From Octopus bimaculoides (Eukaryota): DNA of 64,000 nucleotides. Below the pieces are notes generated by a model. That model did no database searches and had not been told where the DNA came from. It saw only the letters and a program-made list of their open reading frames with translations. The DNA lies in NCBI RefSeq assembly GCF_001194135.2, contig NC_068988.1:29990139-30054138 (forward strand). Reading direction: 5' to 3'. The first letter of the stretch is position 1. Every line of letters starts with the position of its first letter. This document shows, piece after piece, positions 36,377 through 49,230 of this stretch. Made by a program: the position numbers and the translations under genes.

Positions 36377-37958
36377 CATACATGAGTACATAAGTGTGTG
36401 TACACATGTGCACACATCTTTACTGTAGCAGCCTTGCTAATTAGCAGCAGATAGATTAATTAAGACCTATAATTGGGTCCCTGGCTATTTATTCTAAACA
36501 GCTGAGATCAAATCATGCTTTCTTTGTCATGTCGTTCATCATCATCACCATCATCTTTATGTTCATTTTTTTCTTTATAATAATTATGATGATGATGATA
36601 GTTGAAAGGGGCTGTAGAGATGATGGGAGCAAGAAGCAGTCTTACTCTAGTTAGATGATGATGATGATGATGATGATGGTAATGGTGGTGATGGTGGCAG
36701 TGAGTGAGATGTTCTCTATTTTGTCTAATTATTATATTTTACACAGTCCTAATCTTTCTGATGCGGATAAAAATTAGCCTTATTTCTAGTCTTTAGTCAA
36801 TGTAGATAATTGACATTAATGTTAATTGATGGCAGAATCAGTAGAGCATCGAACCGAAATGTGTTGCACTATTTTAAGTCTCTTTGCGAGTTTAATTTTT
36901 TGTGATGTCAACTTGGTCTTTCACCCAATAGTGTGTGTGTGTGTGTGTGTGTATAGTCAAATTAAATAAAGAATCATTAAAAATAAACAAGAGGACGTGC
37001 ACATGTATTGTATAAGTTTGATGCTCAGTAAAAAGAGTTTTTGACGTTTTGAGCATAGGCTCTTCGTCGGATTGGAAAACGGTAAAGTCCAAATAAGAAA
37101 AATCAATGGCATGTGTATCGTACATGTGTATCTGGACCCCTTTGGTTCTTATTTTACTGTATAGGACCCTCATAGCCATTCGATGTTTTAAAAAATCCTA
37201 TATTTTTATAATTAAATATTATCAGGTTTTGTATTAAAAACATTTTTTGTGTATTACAGAAATATAAGTAATTTATTGCACATAAATTTTAACAAAACCC
37301 TATATGGACCCCAAGGGCCATATGGACCCTGGTTGAGAACCACTGGTTTAGTCCACAGTCAGGTTTGAAACTTTAGTAGACTGACTCAGTGTTCCAGTTG
37401 CAACCATCTTGTCTTTTATTTACATAGAATACCTAGGACTACATTATCCAAAGTGTCGCTCACATTTTAATATGGTAGCTAGGCTATCTTATAAAGAAGA
37501 TTTGACTGCTATGTCAGGCAAGGTGAGGGACCATGTAGGGTCAGAGGCGCTTGGGTTGGACAGGTCTTCCCCACCTCACCATTTAAAGTTAGTTAGTTAC
37601 TTGTGATCACTCTTTGTGAAGATATGCTTTCACCACTTCTTCCCATCTCTTCCTCAGTTTTCCTCTTTCTCTAGATTCCTTCCATTCTAATTTCCTGGTC
37701 CCTCTATACTCCTCTGTCATCCTCAATACACATCATGTCCATCATACCTGCTCAGTTTTCTTCTCTCTTACATGTTGCGTCTGATTCCTCTCGCACCCAA
37801 CTTTTTCTCAGTTCATTTTTGCTCCATCGTTCATTCACCTTACCATTAAACCATCCAGTGACGCATACCTGCCTTGTCTTTTTCCCACCATCACATATCC
37901 TCTACATCCAATACTCCTGTTTGGCCACCATGCAATGTTATTCTCGGAACACATACAA

Positions 37959-38371
37959 GGCGTAGGACTCGCTGTGTGGTAAGTAGCTAGCTTACCAACC
38001 ACATGGTCCCGGGTTCAGTCCCACTGCGCGGCATCTTGGGCAAGTGTCTTCTACTATAGCCTCGGGCCGACCAAAGCCTTGTGAGTGGATTTGGTAGACG
38101 GAAACTGAAAGAAGCCCGTCGTATATATGTATATATAAATATGTATGTGTGTGTGTATGTTTGTATGTGTGTGTTTGTCCCCCTAACATCGCTTGACAAC
38201 CGATGCTGGTGTGTTTATGTCCCCGTAACCTTAGCGGTTCGGCAAAAGAGACCGATAGAATAAGTACTAGGCTTCTAAAGAATAAGTCTTGGGGTCGATT
38301 TGCTCGACTAAACGGCGGTGCTCCAGCATGGCCACAGTCAAAAGACTGAAACAAGTAAAAGAGTAAAGAGT
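37959..38371 (+). mobile_element. Family-A tRNA-derived SINE, full length
   Basis: Head ggcgtagga.t.gctgtgtggtaagtagc...gggttcagtcccac, central gggccgaccaaagccttgtgagtggatttggtagacggaaac, internal (TA)/(TG) tract and tail gactgaaacaagtaaaagag. Near-identical copies recur through the window. Confidence 0.85.
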
Positions 38372-39707
38372 ATCATTACAATCTGCCATTTGCTCAAAGG
38401 GGGGAAAAATCCTTTTGTTATCATTAAAGGTAATAAGCCTCAGAATTCTTTGGTTTATTCTCTTTGTATTTTTGCTAATGTTCTCTTGTGATATCTACGT
38501 CCACTGCTAAATTATATCATCTTACCTAAGAGAAGCTACTTACTGTTATTTTGGCTTCGCTTTCCCACTCCTCTATTCTAAGCACAGGCTAACAATGTCT
38601 GGGAGATAAGGTAAAAAGAGAATGACGCAGGTTCAGTCTCTATTGAAGTTGTTTTGTTCCATCTTCAAGCACCTTTATTTTTTATTCACTCTTTAATCTA
38701 GGTTACCAAATCACCAGGCAAATCGGCAATTTATACCAGTGTCACCTGCATCTTCTTTCCAGCTACAAACTATAATCTAGGGTAGCCCTGCATCTCCTCT
38801 GTAATCAGATACCTGTGTCTGTTCTGTCCCACTTTAGCCTCACAACCCCAGGTATTATAAAGCCACCTTTCTCTTCACTACATCACCACTCATTTGAGGG
38901 GGGGTGGTCATTTTCTTTTCTCTGTCTTACTCGTTACTTAACAATCTCATTAGTGCCAGTGTCACAAAAATGGTACCCCGTACACAGTATAAAACGTTTG
39001 GCATGAGGAGAGGCATTCAGCCATAGAAACGATGGTGAAGCGTACATGGGAACATGTTGCAGTCCTCCAACATGTCTGACCAATACCAGCATAGAAGGTG
39101 GGAGTTGAGTGTCGATGATGATGATGATGATGATAACTTAGAGTTCTGTCAAGTTAGCAATTTCTCACTCATCTGCTTAACGCCATATGAAAAGGGCTAA
39201 ACAGCTGCCCTATAGAAACCCTTAGGGATTTTGATGTCCCTTCCATTGACATTACACACAGCTGCAGACAAAGCTGTGTGGTTAAAGTGTTTGCTTCACT
39301 ACCACTCGGTAGTAGGGTGGTGGTGGTGGTAGTGGGTCTTTCTAGCTGACCACCACCCCAGGGCAAATAATTAATTTTACTTAAGCGTCAAGTTGACCAG
39401 TAGTTTACGAGTGGAATTTGGAAATTGGAAATTGTGTGGAAGCCTGTTAATTGTTTGTGAGTGTGAATATGCATGTGTATGCGTAAACATGTGTGTTCGC
39501 ACATATGCATGTTCACACGTGTGTGTTTGTGTTTATTCCCTCTTGGAGAGGTGGCTGATATCAACAAAAGTGACCCAATATGGTCACAGTCTAATCACTA
39601 AGACCGGACATATATACACACATAACCACAGGGAACACCCACCCACAAATTCAAACCTAGCATATCCACACAAACACCGAGGCATGTAGGCACTGGTGAC
39701 ATTTTAA

Positions 39708-39915
39708 CCCCTTGGCATTCAGATTACTCTCTGAAATCGAATGCTTGTTTAATCAGATTGTTTTTAATTAATCATGCATTATCTCATAGCTTTGAGATTT
39801 CAGTGATGTGACTTGGTTTTTAGGATGATATTGTACTGTAGGTGTGAAAGGCTGGATCAGTCCAGTTTGAGGCAGAATATTTTGATCAGATATGGCTGGT
39901 TTAAATGCTAAAGGC
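39708..39915. mobile_element. piggyBac-like MITE (uninterrupted relative of the outer element at 51256-51680)
   Basis: TTAA at both flanks. Ends CCCCTTGGCATT and reverse complement GCCTTTAGCATT (9/12). The body is the reverse complement of the 51256-51680 flanks. Confidence 0.6.
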
Positions 39916-40647
39916 TTAAACATATCAAGTGGCTGTGTAATTAAGATGTTTGCTTCCCAACTACATGGCTTTGGGTTCAGTCCCACTGTGTAGCAGCTTG
40001 GACAAGTATCATTTAGTATATCTTTGGGCTGACCACAGTTTTAAACCTGGTGTGTGTGTGTGTTTATTTTTCCTTGTCCTGACATTGTAGGATAGCTATA
40101 AACAAACATCAGTATCGTAGATGCAGTGTCCTTCCTTTCTTATCTTCCATGAAAGCCTATCCAGCCATGAGGCAGTATCACCTTACTTGAAACCAAGTTG
40201 AGTTGGTGACAGGAAAGGCATCCAGCTGTAGGAAATCAGCCTCAACAAATTTTATCCGACTCCTGCAAGCATGGAAAAGCATGTGTTAAAATGATTACAA
40301 TGACGATGAGGATTACCTTGTTTAAAACAAGGTTTTTCCACCACATCTCCATGTTTTCTGCAGTGTATGTGCAAACGTCGCACATTGTGAGTGCAGAATG
40401 GCGCCTGCATGTTACATATGTTTTATTCTTTTGCAGAATATGGTTTGTGTTTGGTAATTTATTGGTGTTTTCTGGGTTTATTATGGAGAATACGAGCTGC
40501 CTTAACAGGTGTCTTCCAGGTGGTGATTTTGTGGAATTTGTCCTGTGTGGCTATTCAAAGGGTCGATAAATGCCTGAAACTGCACATCTACTTAATTATT
40601 AATATTATTGATTTATTTTCTTGTACATGCCTGGGGGTGGGTGCTCG

Positions 40648-40810
40648 ATGAGGAGAGGGGGTCAAGGATTCCATGAAGGTATCGCAAAGGGTATCGCGAA
40701 AGGCCTGGCTGGAGGCCCAACCTTCCGGGTTCTTTTACAAGGTTTAGAAAAACTGAAGGACCGTTGCAACATGTGTGAGAATCTGAAAGAGGGAATATGT
40801 TGAATAAAAG
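40648..40810 (+). mobile_element. Mariner-derived remnant
   Basis: Translates LLQGLEKLKDRCNMCENL, resembling the mariner transposase C-terminal F..GI..L..RW.KC..L motif. A second copy lies at 41710-41880. Confidence 0.5.
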
Positions 40811-41057
40811 TTCGGTGACCCCTAATCTAAAGCAAAGTCTTTTGTCATGGACCCATAAAATACTGTTGTGGACTCAATATGGGGACCACAAGGGGTCATA
40901 TGACCCACTGGTGTAGATTGTGGCATTGGTTTTCTGTATTGTGTGGTGATTCTACCAAGCTGTATGTGTTGTGAGTTGTGTTATAGCATTGGCTGGTGAT
41001 GGTAGATCGGTTGTGTTGTATATTACTTGTTACTTGTTTATTTTTTTTTAAATAATA

Positions 41058-41446
41058 GGCGTAGGAGTGGCTGTGTGGTGAGTAGCTTGCTTACCAACCA
41101 CGTGGTCCCGGGTTCAGTCCCACTGCGTGGCCCCTTGGGAAAGTGTCTTCTAATATAGCCTCGGGCCGATCAAAGCCTTATGAGTGGATTTGGTAGACAG
41201 AAACTTGAAGAAGCCTGTCGTATATATGTATGTATATGTGTGCGTGTGTATTTGTGTGTCTGTGTTTGTCCCCCCCAACATCGATGCTGGTGTGTTTACG
41301 TCCCCATAACCTAGTGGTTCGGCAAAAGAGACCGATAGAATAAGTACTAGGCTTACAAAGAATAAGTCCTGGGGTCGATTTGCTTGACTAAAGGTGGTGC
41401 TCCAGCATGGCCACAGTCAAATGACTGAAACAAGTAAAAGAGTAAA
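41058..41446 (+). mobile_element. Family-A SINE, full length
   Basis: Collinear with 37959-38371. Confidence 0.85.
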
Positions 41447-41709
41447 GGAGAGAGAAGAATAATAAATATTTATGAAGGCAGCAAACCCCTAAAGAGATTA
41501 TCTACCCAGGTATGTGGCCTAAAACATCACACATGCTACCAAGTCGTGTTGCATTTTTGAATTGCACAATCGGTATAGTAGTATTTTAGCAGTCCTTTCT
41601 ATACAGCGTGGATTTTATTGTTTTCTATCATATATTACTCGCGCACACATGCAAATAGGAAAATATAACTAAAAGATAGCAGAAGCTAGTGAATGAAAGA
41701 GCAAGGAGT

Positions 41710-41880
41710 GTATGGGGAGGTGCTGAAAAATTTCTGGCTTTGAGGGTATTGCGAAAGTCCTGGTTGGAGGCCCAACCTTCTTAGTTCTTTTACAAGGTTT
41801 AGAAAAACTGAAGGACTGCTGCAACTGGTGTGTGAATCTGAGAGAGAGGAATACTTTGATTAAAATCATAACTGATTCTC
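41710..41880 (+). mobile_element. Mariner-derived remnant/MITE
   Basis: Starts TATGGGGAGGTGCTGAAAAATTTCTGGC (mariner TIR-like) and shares ttcttttacaaggtttagaaaaactgaaggac with 40648-40810. Confidence 0.5.
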
Positions 41881-42194
41881 TTGTATTTTCTTTTACACAA
41901 AGCCAGGAAATTTACAGCACCCCTCCGTATAAAAATATCTTTTTCCTTATATATATATATTTGTCTTCTCAAGGTAGAGGCTCAGTATGCAGTGGCCATG
42001 CTACAGCACCACTCTGAAGGGTTTAGTCAAACAAATCCACCCCGGTACTTATTTTATAAGCTTGGTACAAAGATGTGCACATTCCTGTATACATATCTCT
42101 CTCTGTAGCTTCAGGCTGTTCAAAACATTAGGAAGCAGAAACTGAATACACACACACACGCACACATAAATATACGTACATACATACATGTGAA

Positions 42195-42500
42195 GGCATG
42201 TGGCTCAGTGGTTAGAGCATTGGGATTACAGTCATGAGGTTGTGGGTTCGATTCCCAGACTGGGTTGTGTGTTGTATTCTTGAGCAAGAGACTTCATTTC
42301 ACATTAATCCAGTTCGCTTAACTGTAGAAATGAGTTGCAGCATTACTGGTGCCAGGCTGTACGGCCTTTCCCACCCCCTTGGGCCACATCAATGGGAGAC
42401 AGGTACATGTGGGCAACTTGCTGGTCTTCCACAATACAACATTTATGCAGACTTGTGCCTCGGAGGGGAACTTTGTGGTCATTTGTGATTGAAGGGGAGT
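42195..42500 (+). mobile_element. Family-D SINE
   Basis: ggcatgtggctcagtggttagagc...gggttcgattcc...cttgagcaagagacttcatttcac. Confidence 0.7.
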
Positions 42501-42519
42501 CTATTACATACATACATCC

Positions 42520-42550
<31 letters not shown>

Positions 42551-43389
42551 CATTATTTCATGATTTTTGTGGAAGATAATTACATCTCATTTTATTTTAT
42601 TAACATACCTCTTATTGTGTAAACATTAGCTAAAGTTCTGTTGTTGTCTGTACCACTTTACTGTTACCCTATTCAGACTAAAAGTAAAAAACCTATTTGA
42701 CCCATATACCTAGGGCTATAATTCCTCAACATTAATTCCTCAACATTTTGATAGTAATAAAATGACCTGATACTACTATGACCAGTGAAACCTCTAGATT
42801 CTAATACTGTTATAGCCTTGTCCATGCATACTGCNNNNNNNNNNNNNNNNNNNNNNNNNNNNNNNNNNNNNNNNNNNNNNNNNNNNNNNNNNNNNNNNNN
42901 NNNNNNNNNNNNNNNNNNNNNNNNNNNNNNNNNNNNNNNNNNNNNNNNNNNNNNNNNNNNNNNNNNNNNNNNNNNNNNNNNNNNNNNNNNNNNNNNNNNN
43001 NNNNNNNNNNNNNNNNNNNNNNNNNNNNNNNNNNNNNNNNNNNNNNNNNNNNNNNNNNNNNNNNNNNNNNNNNNNNNNNNNNNNNNNNNNNNNNNNNNNN
43101 NNNNNNNNNNNNNNNNNNNNNNNNNNNNNNNNNNNNNNNNNNNNNNNNNNNNNNNNNNNNNNNNNNNNNNNNNNNNNNNNNNNNNNNNNNNNNNNNNNNN
43201 NNNNNNNNNNNNNNNNNNNNNNNNNNNNNNNNNNNNNNNNNNNNNNNNNNNNNNNNNNNNNNNNNNNNNNNNNNNNNNNNNNNNNNNNNNNNNNNNNNNN
43301 NNNNNNNNNNNNNNNNNNNNNNNNNNNNNNNNNNNNNNNNNNNNNNNNNNNNNNNNNNNNNNNNNNNNNNNNNNNNNNNNNNNNNNNNN

Positions 43390-43446
<57 letters not shown>

Positions 43447-43684
43447 CACATATATACGCACACAAAGATTTGTTGGGAGAGGTAGACATGCACACAAGAC
43501 ATCGGCATTGCCTGTGAGTTTCTTAGTTCACTCAATTATTATTGCCATTATCAGAATTAGTGAACAACTCAGCACAACTGTTTTCAACAGTCAACAAATG
43601 TTTGCTAGTTGGAGTTGACAGTTTGCTGCAGTATTATTCCACACTGCTGCTATGCTAAGCTACAACGTGGCTATCTAGCTGTCT

Positions 43685-43686
43685 CT

Positions 43687-43729
<43 letters not shown>

Positions 43730-44960
43730 AGTGTCTGTCTATCTGTCTGTCTATCTGTCTGTCTATCTGTCTGTCTGTCTGTCTATCTGTTTGCCTATCT
43801 GTCTGTCTGTCTNNNNNNNNNNNNNNNNNNNNNNNNNNNNNNNNNNNNNNNNNNNNNNNNNNNNNNNNNNNNNNNNNNNNNNNNNNNNNNNNNNNNNNNN
43901 NNNNNNNNNNNNNNNNNNNNNNNNNNNNNNNNNNNNNNNNNNNNNNNNNNNNNNNNNNNNNNNNNNNNNNNNNNNNNNNNNNNNNNNNNNNNNNNNNNNN
44001 NNNNNNNNNNNNNNNNNNNNNNNNNNNNNNNNNNNNNNNNNNNNNNNNNNNNNNNNNNNNNNNNNNNNNNNNNNNNNNNNNNNNNNNNNNNNNNNNNNNN
44101 NNNNNNNNNNNNNNNNNNNNNNNNNNNNNNNNNNNNNNNNNNNNNNNNNNNNNNNNNNNNNNNNNNNNNNNNNNNNNNNNNNNNNNNNNNNNNNNNNNNN
44201 NNNNNNNNNNNNNNNNNNNNNNNNNNNNNNNNNNNNNNNNNNNNNNNNNNNNNNNNNNNNNNNNNNNNNNNNNNNNNNNNNNNNNNNNNNNNNNNNNNNN
44301 NNNNNNNNNNNNNNNNNNNNNNNNNNNNNNNNNNNNNNNNNNNNNNNNNNNNNNNNNNNNNNNNNNNNNNNNNNNNNNNNNNNNNNNNNNNNNNNNNNNN
44401 NNNNNNNNNNNNNNNNNNNNNNNNNNNNNNNNNNNNNNNNNNNNNNNNNNNNNNNNNNNNNNNNNNNNNNNNNNNNNNNNNNNNNNNNNNNNNNNNNNNN
44501 NNNNNNNNNNNNNNNNNNNNNNNNNNNNNNNNNNNNNNNNNNNNNNNNNNNNNNNNNNNNNNNNNNNNNNNNNNNNNNNNNNNNNNNNNNNNNNNNNNNN
44601 NNNNNNNNNNNNNNNNNNNNNNNNNNNNNNNNNNNNNNNNNNNNNNNNNNNNNNNNNNNNNNNNNNNNNNNNNNNNNNNNNNNNNNNNNNNNNNNNNNNN
44701 NNNNNNNNNNNNNNNNNNNNNNNNNNNNNNNNNNNNNNNNNNNNNNTGTCTGTCTGTCTTTCTATCCATCTATGTCTGTCTGTCTTTCTATCCATCTATG
44801 TCTGTCTGTCTTTCTATCCATCTATGTCTGTCTGTCTTTCTATCCATCTATGTCTGTCTGTCTGTCTTTCTATCTGTTTATCTTTTTATCATTGTCTATC
44901 TATCTATCTCTCTCTATCTATCTATCTACCTACTTCTCATTCTCTCTCTCTCTCTCTCTC
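43685..44960. repeat. (TATC)/(TGTC)n tract with 26-bp higher-order unit, spanning a large N-gap
   Basis: tgtctgtctgtctttctatccatcta is repeated about 4 times at 44747-44850. Confidence 0.85.
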
Positions 44961-46112
44961 TGTGTAATCATATGTCAATATACTTATGCACATACATTTA
45001 AATATGTGATAGGCATATTTATTTGTGTATATAGATGTACATGTGTACACACAAACACACACGCACACATACTCACACAAGTACATTTCCAAATACTCCT
45101 TAATAAAATTTGTGTGTGTGTGTGTGCATATATGCATACGCATCAATGTACCTTTGTGTTTATACATGGGTATGATAAATATAAATGTTCATTATTTTTA
45201 TCCAAAATAGCCTCCAGCCAAAGCTAACATAAATTTAATGTGGCATATAGAAGAAAGCTCTTTTCAAAACAATAGACAATGAAATTTTCATTGAGGAAGC
45301 TGTGAAACAAATAATCTAAACATTTGGATTTATTGTTTGTTTGTTTATTTTCAAATTTTTACTATTTCTTCTTTCCCTGCTTTGCAAAATCTTGCCATGT
45401 AAACATAAGTCTTTTGACTTCCCAAAATGGCTGTTGTGGCTTGTCTTACATCGGTGGAGTTTCTTCCCTTCATTTACTGCACTCTCTAGTTTCACATGTA
45501 GTTTTGTATCTCTGCTGTGACATTTTTAAATGAGACAGAATGACTGAATTTGATCGTGCGTGCGTGCGTGTGTGTGTGGGGGGGGGCAGGATGTGGTTCT
45601 TGTATGGATCTCTCAGCTTATACATTAATAGACCTTAAATGCAAACCACTGGAGGCAAACATTGTTATTTATTCCATCATTTGCCTGTGTTTAGCCTCTG
45701 TGTTCTATTTTTCACTTTCTTGATCAAGTAAACATATGATCAACGACTTTCCAATTGTGAATATCATGTTTGAGTATATTTATAAGAACACTGTTAGCAC
45801 CAGTTTTTCTCTCTTTAAAATAGTAATGTGTGTGTATTTGGCTGCTTTTTCTAGCAAGTAAAGTAACCACACAAAGGTCATCTTATTTTGCTTCAGCTTA
45901 ATCCTTTTGTCACCACAATTCTATTGAATTCACTGCCTTCATTTAATTTCATTTTGTCATTTAGCTGGTGTTTGGAACACCAGTTAACATGAAATTTTGC
46001 TGAAATACCAATCTACCTTCATTAACTGCACTCTTTAGTTTCACGTGTAGTTTTGTATCTCTGCTATCTCTTGTCACTGTCTATCTACCCTCAAATGCTA
46101 AAACTTAAAGCA

Positions 46113-46207
46113 TTAACCACTATGCCATATGCCCGTGGGCATATGGCGTAGTGGTTAAGAGCGCGGGCTACGAACCCCAAGATTCCGAGTTTGATTCCAG
46201 GCAGTGA

Positions 46208-46246
<39 letters not shown>
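46113..46246 (+). mobile_element. tRNA-like head + (AAT)n of the same element with 22-bp inverted 5' duplication
   Basis: A-box TGGCGTAGTGG, anticodon-like loop CTACGAA and B-box GAGTTTGATTCC. Hairpin arms 46113-46134/46137-46158. TTAAAGCATT is repeated at 46105-46114 and 46247-46256. Confidence 0.75.
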
Positions 46247-46247
<1 letters not shown>

Positions 46248-46676
46248 TAAAGCATTCATATTTAAAACTCTGAAGACGCATTGCCTAGTGGTTCAGTGTA
46301 TTGCACTCATCATGAGATTGTGGTTTCAATTCCTGGACTGGCTGTGAGTTGTGTTCTTGAGCAATACCCTTCATTTCACATTGTTTTCGTCCACTCAGCT
46401 GTAAATGGGTTCACCCTGCAACAGACAGCCCCCCCCCCAATCCGGGGGGGGGGGANNNNNNNNNNCCCCCCCCAATCCGGGGGGGGGGGAATATGGGCCT
46501 GCTCGCCTAGCCAGCAGGGTAGCACGATTCAAAGGCTAGAATGATGCATAGCGCATTGTGACCAGCGATGTATAATATTGTCCAACAGTCTGGTCAGTCA
46601 TGGTCAAGTGATTTTTAAAACAGCAAAATTTTTTTTATAGTATTTGAGGTAAAAAAAAAAAATATTTAGTTAAGTT

Positions 46677-47040
46677 GGTGCAGGAGTGGCTGTGTGGTAA
46701 GTAGCTTGCTTACCAACCACATGGCTCCGGGTTCAGTCCCACTGCATGGTACCTTGGGCAAGTGTCTTCTATTATAGCCTCGTGCCGACCAAAGCCTTGT
46801 GAGTGGATTTGGTAGACAGAAACTGAAAGAAGCCTGTCATGTATATGTGTATGTTTGTGTGTCTGTGTTTGTCCCTCCCCCAACATCGCTTGACAATCAA
46901 TGCTGGGGTGTTTACGTCCCCTGTAACTTAGCAGTATGGCAAAAGAGACCAATAGAATAAGTCCTGGGGTTGATTTTCTCGACTAAAGTCAATGCTCCAG
47001 CATGGCCGCAGTCAAATGACTGAAACAAGTAAAAGAGTAA
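46677..47040 (+). mobile_element. Family-A SINE, near full length
   Basis: Collinear with 37959-38371. Confidence 0.85.
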
Positions 47041-47150
47041 GTTGTATTCCAGTTACCAAATAGACAACAATAATGATGGTAAAATAACTTGCCTTCCTGG
47101 ATTCCTCTCCCATCTCTAAAAGAGTGTTTTGGAAATTAATCGAAATAATA

Positions 47151-47185
<35 letters not shown>

Positions 47186-48865
47186 GATTAAAAGTTAAAA
47201 TATAATTTCTATGCATTTAAATTTTAATTACTGCTAGTCAGTTATGGTTTTTTTTTTTTTCTGCTAGCATCAGTTCTTTAGATTTAGTTCCAAATTCTTA
47301 TATATTTCTGTGTAAATCGTTCAAGTCTTTGAATTGTACAAGTGTACGCCATTCCTCTTAATAATTCTTCAAGCATGAAATAGGAATGCATAGCCTGTGG
47401 GGATTCGGGTAAAAATATGGCAAGTAGAAGAATTATGTGCATTCCTCTGGAAAACGCAAATATTGGTTTTGTGATGAAGTTTGAATTAAAATTTTGCGGC
47501 AAGTTTGAAATCCTGATTTCTGGAAGCAGATTATTACGATCGCAAGTTTCCAGTGGCGTAGTTTCAGGTGAAAGGAATTTGATAGATGGAAACTGTGTGG
47601 AAGCCTGTTCTCTTGTGTTTTGTTTATTTTATGAATAACATACTACTGTGCTATTATGAATTGGATATAAAGGATTAGTGTAATTGATGGCAGATAGGAT
47701 GGGTCAGTTTTTTCCCCAAAAATTTCTAAAAGAAAATATCACCATGGGTCTCGTGCAAATTTGGGCCTTCATTTCATGTCTTTTATGCACTAAGATCTTT
47801 ATTTTTCTTCAATATGCAATGCTGAAAATGGTGGGCGCATAAAATGGTCTGTGCTGCTTTTACTGATGATTGTGTATGTAACACATAAAATGTTGACCCC
47901 TGTGTGTATGTGTGCGTGTGCGCTCNNNNNNNNNNNNNNNNNNNNNNNNNNNNNNNNNNNNNNNNNNNNNNNNNNNNNNNNNNNNNNNNNNNNNNNNNNN
48001 NNNNNNNNNNNNNNNNNNNNNNNNNNNNNNNNNNNNNNNNNNNNNNNNNNNNNNNNNNNNNNNNNNNNNNNNNNNNNNNNNNNNNNNNNNNNNNNNNNNN
48101 NNNNNNNNNNNNNNNNNNNNNNNNNNNNNNNNNNNNNNNNNNNNNNNNNNNNNNNNNNNNNNNNNNNNNNNNNNNNNNNNNNNNNNNNNNNNNNNNNNNN
48201 NNNNNNNNNNNNNNNNNNNNNNNNNNNNNNNNNNNNNNNNNNNNNNNNNNNNNNNNNNNNNNNNNNNNNNNNNNNNNNNNNNNNNNNNNNNNNNNNNNNN
48301 NNNNNNNNNNNNNNNNNNNNNNNNNNNNNNNNNNNNNNNNNNNNNNNNNNNNNNNNNNNNNNNNNNNNNNNNNNNNNNNNNNNNNNNNNNNNNNNNNNNN
48401 NNNNNNNNNNNNNNNNNNNNNNNNNNNNNNNNNNNNNNNNNNNNNNNNNNNNNNNNNNNNNNNNNNNNNNNNNNNNNNNNNNNNNNNNNNNNNNNNNNNN
48501 NNNNNNNNNNNTATATATATATATATATATATATATGGGAGTGGCGTGGTCATGACTGTGAGGTGGTTCCAATTCCTGGACCAGGTGGTGTGTTGTGTTC
48601 TTGAGTAAAAAAAACTTCGTCTCACATAGTTTTGCAATTACTTCAACATTTGACATGTGGCACACGCCGTGTACCCGTACAGTTAAGGTCAACTTGATCG
48701 AGGGAGTGAGCTAATGGTCAGCACAATCATTTGATCACCTTAAAACAAAACACCTGCACAGGTGTTGTTTATCAAAAATTACAGAACTGTCGTTCTCCGG
48801 CTAAGAGGGACAAGCATCCACACACAAATAGATGTGTGTGTGTGTGTGTATGTATATTTTTATTC

Positions 48866-49230
48866 TTGTTTGAGTCATTTGACTGCGGCCATGCTGGAGC
48901 ACCACCTTTAGTCAAGCAAATCAACCCCAGGACTTATTCTTTGTAAGCCCGGTACTTATTCCATTGGTCTCTTTTGCCATGTTACAAGGACGTAAACACA
49001 CCAATACTGCTTGTCAAGTGGTGGTGGGGTGGACAAGCACAGACAGAAAAACATGCACACACACATGTAATAGGCTTCTTTCAGTTTCCATCTACCAAAT
49101 CCACTCATCAGACTTTGACTGTCTGAGGGTGATATTATAAGGAACTTGCTGAAGGTACCATACAGTGGGACTGAACTCAAAACCATGTAGTTGGGAAGCA
49201 AGCTTCTTACCACACAGCCGTGCCTGCACT
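48866..49230 (-). mobile_element. Family-A SINE (diverged)
   Basis: gtcatttgactgcggccatgctggagc...cttaccacacagcc. Confidence 0.7.

Noticed and set aside
46429-46490. C8-AATCC-G9+ hairpin duplicated in tandem
   Set aside because: The two copies flank a 10-N gap; most likely overlapping contig ends (assembly artefact).
47280-47640. Possible transposase/helicase fragment
   Set aside because: No diagnostic motif recognised in the frames I translated.
42673-48692. Long ORFs of 230-498 aa
   Set aside because: Made mostly of X from N-gaps plus microsatellite flanks.
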